Source: Sedimentisphaerales bacterium
GTDB lineage: Bacteria; Planctomycetota; Phycisphaerae; Sedimentisphaerales; Anaerobacaceae
Assembly (NCBI GenBank): GCA_963708075.1
Contig: OY970194.1
Location: 3,680,001 to 3,744,000 of the forward strand
Length of the DNA: 64,000 nucleotides
Direction: 5' to 3'
The notes under the pieces are model-generated. The model was not told the DNA's origin. It made no database searches and saw nothing but the letters and a program-made list of their open reading frames with translations. Made by a program: the position numbers and the translations under genes. Below are positions 59,033 through 64,000 of this stretch, piece after piece (position 1 is the stretch's first letter; every line of letters starts with the position of its first letter).

Positions 59033-60580
59033 TCAGGCGACGACCAGCTTGAGGATATTATCCAGCGTACCGTGGATAAAGGTGAACACGGTTTGCCAAG
59101 GCAGGATTCCCATGGCCAGAGCCAGCACCGCCAGCGGGGCCATGACGAGCATTTCCCGCCCGGACATGTCCGGCACGTTCTCATACTCCGGCTTCGCGGC
59201 GCCGAGGAAGACCCTTTGGACGGACCAGAGGATGTAGCTGGCGGTGAGAACGATGCTTACAGCCGCGATGATCGTCAGGACCCTGGCGCCCATGGGACCG
59301 AGCACCTGGGCCTGCCAGCTGCCGAGCAGGACATAGATCTCGCCGATGAATCCGCACAAGCCGGGCAGGCCCATCGCCGCGAAGAAGCCGAGAATCGACA
59401 GGCCGGTATAGATTGGCATGCGTGTCGCCAGTCCGCCCAGCCGGGGAATATCCCGGTGATGAACACGGTCGTAAATCACGCCGACGAGAAAGAACATCGC
59501 CGCGCTGGTAATTCCATGAGAGATCATCTGGAACATTGCGCCCTGGAAGCCGGCCGGGGTCAGCAGCGCGATACCCAGCAGCACAAAGCCCATGTGCGAG
59601 ACGGAGGAGTACGCGACCAATTTCTTGAAGTCGGTCTGGGCCAGGGCACACAGTGCGCCGTACACGATATTGATCACGGCCAGGACGCCCAGGACCCAGG
59701 CCACTACTTTGACCGCACCGGCGTGCGGCAGGATCGGGTAGCTGATTCGCAGCAGCCCGTAGCCGCCCATCTTCAGCAGCAGCCCCGCCAGGATCATGCT
59801 GATCGGCGTTGGCGCCTCGACGTGGGCGTCCGGAAGCCACGTGTGGAACGGGAAGATCGGCATCTTGACCGCGAACCCGATGTACAGCATGGCAAAACAC
59901 GCGATCCACATTGCCTTATGAGTCGCGAACGCCGGCAGCACGCCGGGCGTGCTCAGGGCGATCAGGTTGAAGGTGTGAGCGCCCTGATCGTTGCTGGCGA
60001 AGAAGAACCAGAGCATGACGATCAGCATCAGGACGCTGCCGAGCAGGGTGTAGAGGAAGAACTTGATCGCGGCGTACTCCCTGCGAGGCCCGCCCCAGAT
60101 GCCGATGAGAAAGTACATCGGCAGCAGCGTCAGCTCCCAGAAGACGTAGAACAGGAAGAAGTCGAGAGCCGTGAAGACGCCGAGCATGCCGGTCTCCAGC
60201 AGCAGGAACAGGGCGAAATAGCCCCGCTGACTCTTCTGGATATTCCAACTGGCGATGCAGGCGAGCAGGCAGATCACGGTCGTCAGCACAACGAGTGGAA
60301 AGCCGATGCCGTCCACGCCGACCATGTAGTCGATGGAGAAGCCGGCGGAGTGAATCCAGGGCACGCGATGGATGAGCTTGAAACCGCTTTGATAGTCAGC
60401 GCCGAAGACCTCTGCAGACGCTCCGAGGAAATGCGGAATGACGTGGAACGACAGCAGGCATGTCACCAGTGCGGCCACTAGTGCGGTGTGCCGAATCCAT
60501 TGCCGCGGGACCAACAGGACCGCGCCCATACCGATCAGGGGCAGGAAGATGATTGCCGTGAGTAGCCAGGAATTATTCAT
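59033..60580 (-). CDS. nuoM: NADH-quinone oxidoreductase subunit M
   Basis: FYVFWE, KFFLYT, FPFHTWLPDAHVEAP, LLKMGGYG, AYSSVSHMG. Confidence 0.96.
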   Translation of the reverse strand: MNNSWLLTAIIFLPLIGMGAVLLVPRQWIRHTALVAALVTCLLSFHVIPHFLGASAEVFGADYQSGFKLIHRVPWIHSAGFSIDYMVGVDGIGFPLVVLTTVICLLACIASWNIQKSQRGYFALFLLLETGMLGVFTALDFFLFYVFWELTLLPMYFLIGIWGGPRREYAAIKFFLYTLLGSVLMLIVMLWFFFASNDQGAHTFNLIALSTPGVLPAFATHKAMWIACFAMLYIGFAVKMPIFPFHTWLPDAHVEAPTPISMILAGLLLKMGGYGLLRISYPILPHAGAVKVVAWVLGVLAVINIVYGALCALAQTDFKKLVAYSSVSHMGFVLLGIALLTPAGFQGAMFQMISHGITSAAMFFLVGVIYDRVHHRDIPRLGGLATRMPIYTGLSILGFFAAMGLPGLCGFIGEIYVLLGSWQAQVLGPMGARVLTIIAAVSIVLTASYILWSVQRVFLGAAKPEYENVPDMSGREMLVMAPLAVLALAMGILPWQTVFTFIHGTLDNILKLVVA

Positions 60581-60596
60581 CGAAGCCTGTTCTCCA

Positions 60597-60672
60597 AAGT
60601 TCTCAGTTGTCAGTTCCCGGTTCTCAGTTCATGCTTCACTGTCAACTGGCAACTGCTCGCCGTGAACTGACC
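60597..60672. repeat. Inverted pair of heptamer arrays between nuoL and nuoM
   Basis: AGTTCTC AGTTGTC AGTTCCC GGTTCTC AGTT facing ACTGTCA ACTGGCA ACTGCTC GCCGTGA ACTG. Confidence 0.75.
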
Positions 60673-60674
60673 AA

Positions 60675-62774
60675 TTACCAAATCCAAATGAAAACCACAA
60701 CAACGCATGCCCCGGCGGTGGTCAGGCCCAGGATATAATTGCGGACCCGCCCTGTCTGGCCCTTGCGGGCTATATTTCCGCCGACGAGGGCTGCCCCGGC
60801 GACGCCGTTGACTAAGCCATCGACGCCGCGATTGTCCAGGGTCAGACCGCTGAAGAACGCCGTCCGTGCCACCCAGCGGGCCGAGCCATCGGCCAGACCA
60901 TCCAGAACCACGCGGTCGAACCATTTCCCGAATGCCGCCAGTTGCAGGACGCCGGCGACAAATGTCGCGCGATACAACTCATCAAAATAGAACTTGTTCA
61001 AGAGCAGCTTGTGCACAGGAGCCAAGGTCTGTGCTGCTTTCGCCGGAGAGATCAGCCCCTTGCTATAGGTGAGCCAAGCCAGAATCACGCCGAGGAGCAT
61101 AGCGGCGGTGGCGATGATTGTCGCGGCCGTGTGAAAACCATGTTCCGCATGCGCCGACTCTTCTGCCGAATGAGCGGCCCCGCTCGCCTCAACAGGGTCG
61201 TGCGAGGACGCACGACCTGCTTCCTGCATCTGCCAACTCACCGCCCACGTGGGCTGAGCTTCTGCGATAAGACCAATCAGGCCTCGGCCGCCTTCGTATT
61301 CGTACCGGCCTTCACCAAGCGCATGGCGTTCCGGGGCGCGTCCGAACCAACCGACGCAGATCGACAAGACCGCCAGCACTGCCAAGGGCACCCACATCAC
61401 CCGCGGCGACTCGTGAGCATGCTCGTGAATGTGCTCGTCGCGAGCTGTCGTGCGGAACGTCAGCAGGTACAGCCGCAACATGTAGAATGCTGTGATTGCC
61501 GCCGCCACCGTAGGCAGGGCAAACAGCACCCAGTGGATCCTATGGCTCCAGGCAAAACCAAGAGCGGAGGCCAGGATGGCATCCTTGGAATAAAAGCCGC
61601 TCAGCAGCGGGACGCCGGCGATGGCCAGCGTGCCGACGAGAAACGTGATGCTGGTGTACGGCATCTTCCCGTGCAACTGACCCATCTTGCGGATGTCCTG
61701 CTCCCCGTGGCAGCCGTGAATGACGCTGCCGGACCCGAGAAACAGCAGAGCCTTGAAGCAGGCGTGAGTGATCAGGTGGAACAGCCCCGCCACCCAGCCG
61801 CCGACGCCGAGTGCGAGGATCATGTAGCCCAACTGGCTGATCGTCGAATAGGCCAGGACCCGCTTGATATCGGTCATGACAATGGCGATGAGCGCGCTGC
61901 CGATCAAGGTGATCCCACCGATGTACGCCACGAACAGCAGCGCGGATGGCGTCAGGATGGGAAAGATACGTCCGACCAGGTACACGCCGGCGGCCACCAT
62001 TGTTGCCGCGTGGATCAAGGCGCTGACCGGCGTCGGTCCTTCCATCGCGTCGGGCAGCCAGACGTGCAGGGGGAACTGTGCGCTTTTGCCGATAGCGCCG
62101 AAGAACAGGCAAATCCCCGCGAACGTCAGGAGCGTGCCGTGTCCAGCAAACGCCCCCTGCCGCACCTGATTGAAGACGCCTTCCAGGGTGACCTGGCCCG
62201 TCATGCTCAGCATCGTGGCGATGCCGATGAGGAACAGGAAGTCGCCCACGCGGTTGACGATGAACGCCTTCTTCGCCGCGTTGGAGGCCGAGGTCTTTTC
62301 AAACCAGAACCCGATGAGGAAGTAGCTGCACAGGCCCACCAGTTCCCAGAAAACGAACAGGCCGATCAGGGAGTCGGCCAGGACCAGTCCCAACATGGAG
62401 AAGGCAAAGAGGCACAGGTACGTGAAGAACCGCGGGAAGCGCGGGTCGCCGTGCATGTAGCCGATGCTGTAGATGAAGATGCAACTGGCCACGACGGTGA
62501 CCATCGTGAACATGACGATGGTCAGGCTGTCGATGTGCACGCCGAAGTTGACCACCTGGGTACCGATGGTGAGCCAGCGAACCGAGGCGTTCAGGCTGTC
62601 GGGATGTCCCACGATCCAGCGGATGGAGCAGACCAGCGAGATGGCGGCCGCGGTGAGCATCAGTCCCGCCGCCAAGTAGCCGCTGCGAGGCTCGCCGATG
62701 CGACGGCCCCGAAAGACCAGCGTCACGAAACCCGCCAGGGGCAGCAACCAGGCAATGATGAATGCATACTGCAT
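60675..62774 (-). CDS. nuoL: NADH-quinone oxidoreductase subunit L
   Basis: YSIGYM, NRVGD, GKSAQFPLHVWLPDAMEGPTPVSALIHAATMV, HACFKALLFL. Confidence 0.96.
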   Translation of the reverse strand: MQYAFIIAWLLPLAGFVTLVFRGRRIGEPRSGYLAAGLMLTAAAISLVCSIRWIVGHPDSLNASVRWLTIGTQVVNFGVHIDSLTIVMFTMVTVVASCIFIYSIGYMHGDPRFPRFFTYLCLFAFSMLGLVLADSLIGLFVFWELVGLCSYFLIGFWFEKTSASNAAKKAFIVNRVGDFLFLIGIATMLSMTGQVTLEGVFNQVRQGAFAGHGTLLTFAGICLFFGAIGKSAQFPLHVWLPDAMEGPTPVSALIHAATMVAAGVYLVGRIFPILTPSALLFVAYIGGITLIGSALIAIVMTDIKRVLAYSTISQLGYMILALGVGGWVAGLFHLITHACFKALLFLGSGSVIHGCHGEQDIRKMGQLHGKMPYTSITFLVGTLAIAGVPLLSGFYSKDAILASALGFAWSHRIHWVLFALPTVAAAITAFYMLRLYLLTFRTTARDEHIHEHAHESPRVMWVPLAVLAVLSICVGWFGRAPERHALGEGRYEYEGGRGLIGLIAEAQPTWAVSWQMQEAGRASSHDPVEASGAAHSAEESAHAEHGFHTAATIIATAAMLLGVILAWLTYSKGLISPAKAAQTLAPVHKLLLNKFYFDELYRATFVAGVLQLAAFGKWFDRVVLDGLADGSARWVARTAFFSGLTLDNRGVDGLVNGVAGAALVGGNIARKGQTGRVRNYILGLTTAGACVVVVFIWIW
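61196..61220 (-). repeat. Degenerate GTAG-type REP within nuoL
   Basis: GGTCGTGCGAGGACGCACGACCTGC, 23/25 identical to 24125-24149. Confidence 0.78.
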
Positions 62775-62789
62775 AGAGGTCCCCGGGTC

Positions 62790-63095
62790 TTATCCTTTCA
62801 ACTGGTCGCCCTGGTCGATATCGACTGTGGCGATCGTATGATAGAAGTTCAGGAAAATGGCCAGTGCCACGACGGCTTCAGCCGCCGCCAGAACGATGAC
62901 GAACAGGGCCGCCGTCTGGCCCGACAGGGCGCCGACTCCGTGACGGCTGAACGCCACGAGGTTCAGCGCGGCCGCGTTCAGAATGAACTCCACGCCGATC
63001 AGCATGGCGATGGCGTTACGCTTGCTGATGATGATCGCGATGCCCAGCACCAGCAGAATCGCCGAAAGAATCAGGTACGGTGTTAGCCCTATCAT
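62790..63095 (-). CDS. nuoK: NADH-quinone oxidoreductase subunit K
   Basis: KRNAI, VEFILNA, LAAAEA, LKG end. Confidence 0.95.
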   Translation of the reverse strand: MIGLTPYLILSAILLVLGIAIIISKRNAIAMLIGVEFILNAAALNLVAFSRHGVGALSGQTAALFVIVLAAAEAVVALAIFLNFYHTIATVDIDQGDQLKG

Positions 63096-63622
63096 GATGG
63101 CGTTGTCCCCTTCTTCTGCTGAGCTCCCAGCACCGGTATCTTCGGCCGCGCGAGATAAGCCGCTCCCAGTAGCGCCACAAGCAGCAAGACCGAGACCAGT
63201 TCAAATGGGCCGAGAAACTCACCCAATAAGCTGTGGCCGATATCCGCTATAGAGTTCCCAGCCACAAGCTCGCTCTGTGCCAGCCGGACACGCAGGATGC
63301 TCAGGATCAATCCGACGAGAAGCACCGCTACGACGATGGTCAACCAGAGGGCCTCGAATCGCCCCGGCCGCAGTCTTGGGGCCTGTTGCCGGCTGGTCAG
63401 CATGACGCCGAAGACCATCAGCACCGCCACGCCCCCGACATACACAAGAATCTGAATCACGCCGAGGAAATACGCGCCCATGAGGAAATACAGGCCCGCC
63501 ACCGAAATCAGCATGGCGATGAGCCAGTACGCCATCCGCACGATGTTCGTGCTCAGCAGAATCGCCAAGCCGGCGGCCACGGCCACTGTTGCAAAGAGGA
63601 AGAATATTACAGTCTCGAGCAT
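63092..63622 (-). CDS. nuoJ: NADH-quinone oxidoreductase subunit J
   Basis: QILVYVGGVAVLMVFGVML, PFELVSVLLLVALLGA. Confidence 0.95.
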   Translation of the reverse strand: MLETVIFFLFATVAVAAGLAILLSTNIVRMAYWLIAMLISVAGLYFLMGAYFLGVIQILVYVGGVAVLMVFGVMLTSRQQAPRLRPGRFEALWLTIVVAVLLVGLILSILRVRLAQSELVAGNSIADIGHSLLGEFLGPFELVSVLLLVALLGAAYLARPKIPVLGAQQKKGTTPS

Positions 63623-63628
63623 TACCCG

Positions 63629-64000
63629 TTACGCTCCCGGTAGATGTTTGCGGGCCATCTGCCCAACTAATCGATCACGGTTGTAGTAGCCGTAGCCCAT
63701 TCCGGCGAAGTACAGACCCAACAAGACCAAACCAAGAATGCCAAGAATGCCATGGACTGCGCCGGCAAACGCATTGAAAGCCGGATGGGCCGAATTGTCG
63801 TACAACTGCCACAGGCTGCTGCCGAGGAACAGGAGCAACGTAAACGGCAGCAGGTACTTCACACAGGCGTGCATGACCTGGTCGATGCGAATACGCGGCA
63901 GGGTCCATCGGATCCACATCTGCACCCAGACCAGGAAGGTGCTCTTGAGCACAAACCACAGGGGGCTGCCCGGCCCGCCGACGGGCGAGTTCCAGCCGCC
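63629..64000 (-). CDS. nuoH: NADH-quinone oxidoreductase subunit H, C-terminal part
   Basis: GGW, WFVLK, WIRWTLPRIRIDQ, KYLLP. Confidence 0.9.
   Translation of the reverse strand, partial: GGWNSPVGGPGSPLWFVLKSTFLVWVQMWIRWTLPRIRIDQVMHACVKYLLPFTLLLFLGSSLWQLYDNSAHPAFNAFAGAVHGILGILGLVLLGLYFAGMGYGYYNRDRLVGQMARKHLPGA

Noticed and set aside
57788..63086. Long plus-strand ORFs (897 and 714 aa) opposite the nuo genes
   Set aside because: Antisense shadows typical of high-GC coding DNA, with no recognisable motifs. The same applies to 607..1557, 7152..9095, 32489..34285 and 43778..45529.

Overview
GC-rich bacterial window with no rRNA, tRNA, CRISPR array or prophage recognised. The many Tat-exported sugar enzymes, sulfatase and DUF1080/ThuA proteins suggest an anaerobic Planctomycetota (Phycisphaerae-like) genome, but this is inference. 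Left to right: a partial GH3 gene; a minus-strand sugar-acid cluster (non-canonical transaldolase-family enzyme, GarR, divergent UxaE, SDR, Fe-ADH, LarA-family racemase, glycerate kinase, Tat Gfo/Idh/MocA, TIM-barrel protein) split by an opposite-strand Nramp-like transporter; DUF429; a GH106-like glycosidase; a Moco operon (xdhC, mocA-like, moeA, moaA, moaC, mogA-like); two convergent IorAB-type molybdoenzyme pairs enclosing a REP-associated tyrosine transposase (RAYT) with its REPs; a block of secreted glycan enzymes with unusual fusions; and nuoH(partial)JKLMN. Main hypothesis: the 4.5-14.5 kb cluster is an aldol-cleavage hexuronate pathway (tagaturonate -> fructuronate -> tartronate semialdehyde -> glycerate, with a LarA-type glycerate racemase). 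Second theme: several REP families and heptamer arrays sit in frame inside protein-coding genes, including nuoL. Three single-base frameshifts at 10.6-14.4 kb look like assembly errors. All family calls come from motif recognition by eye, not from database searches.
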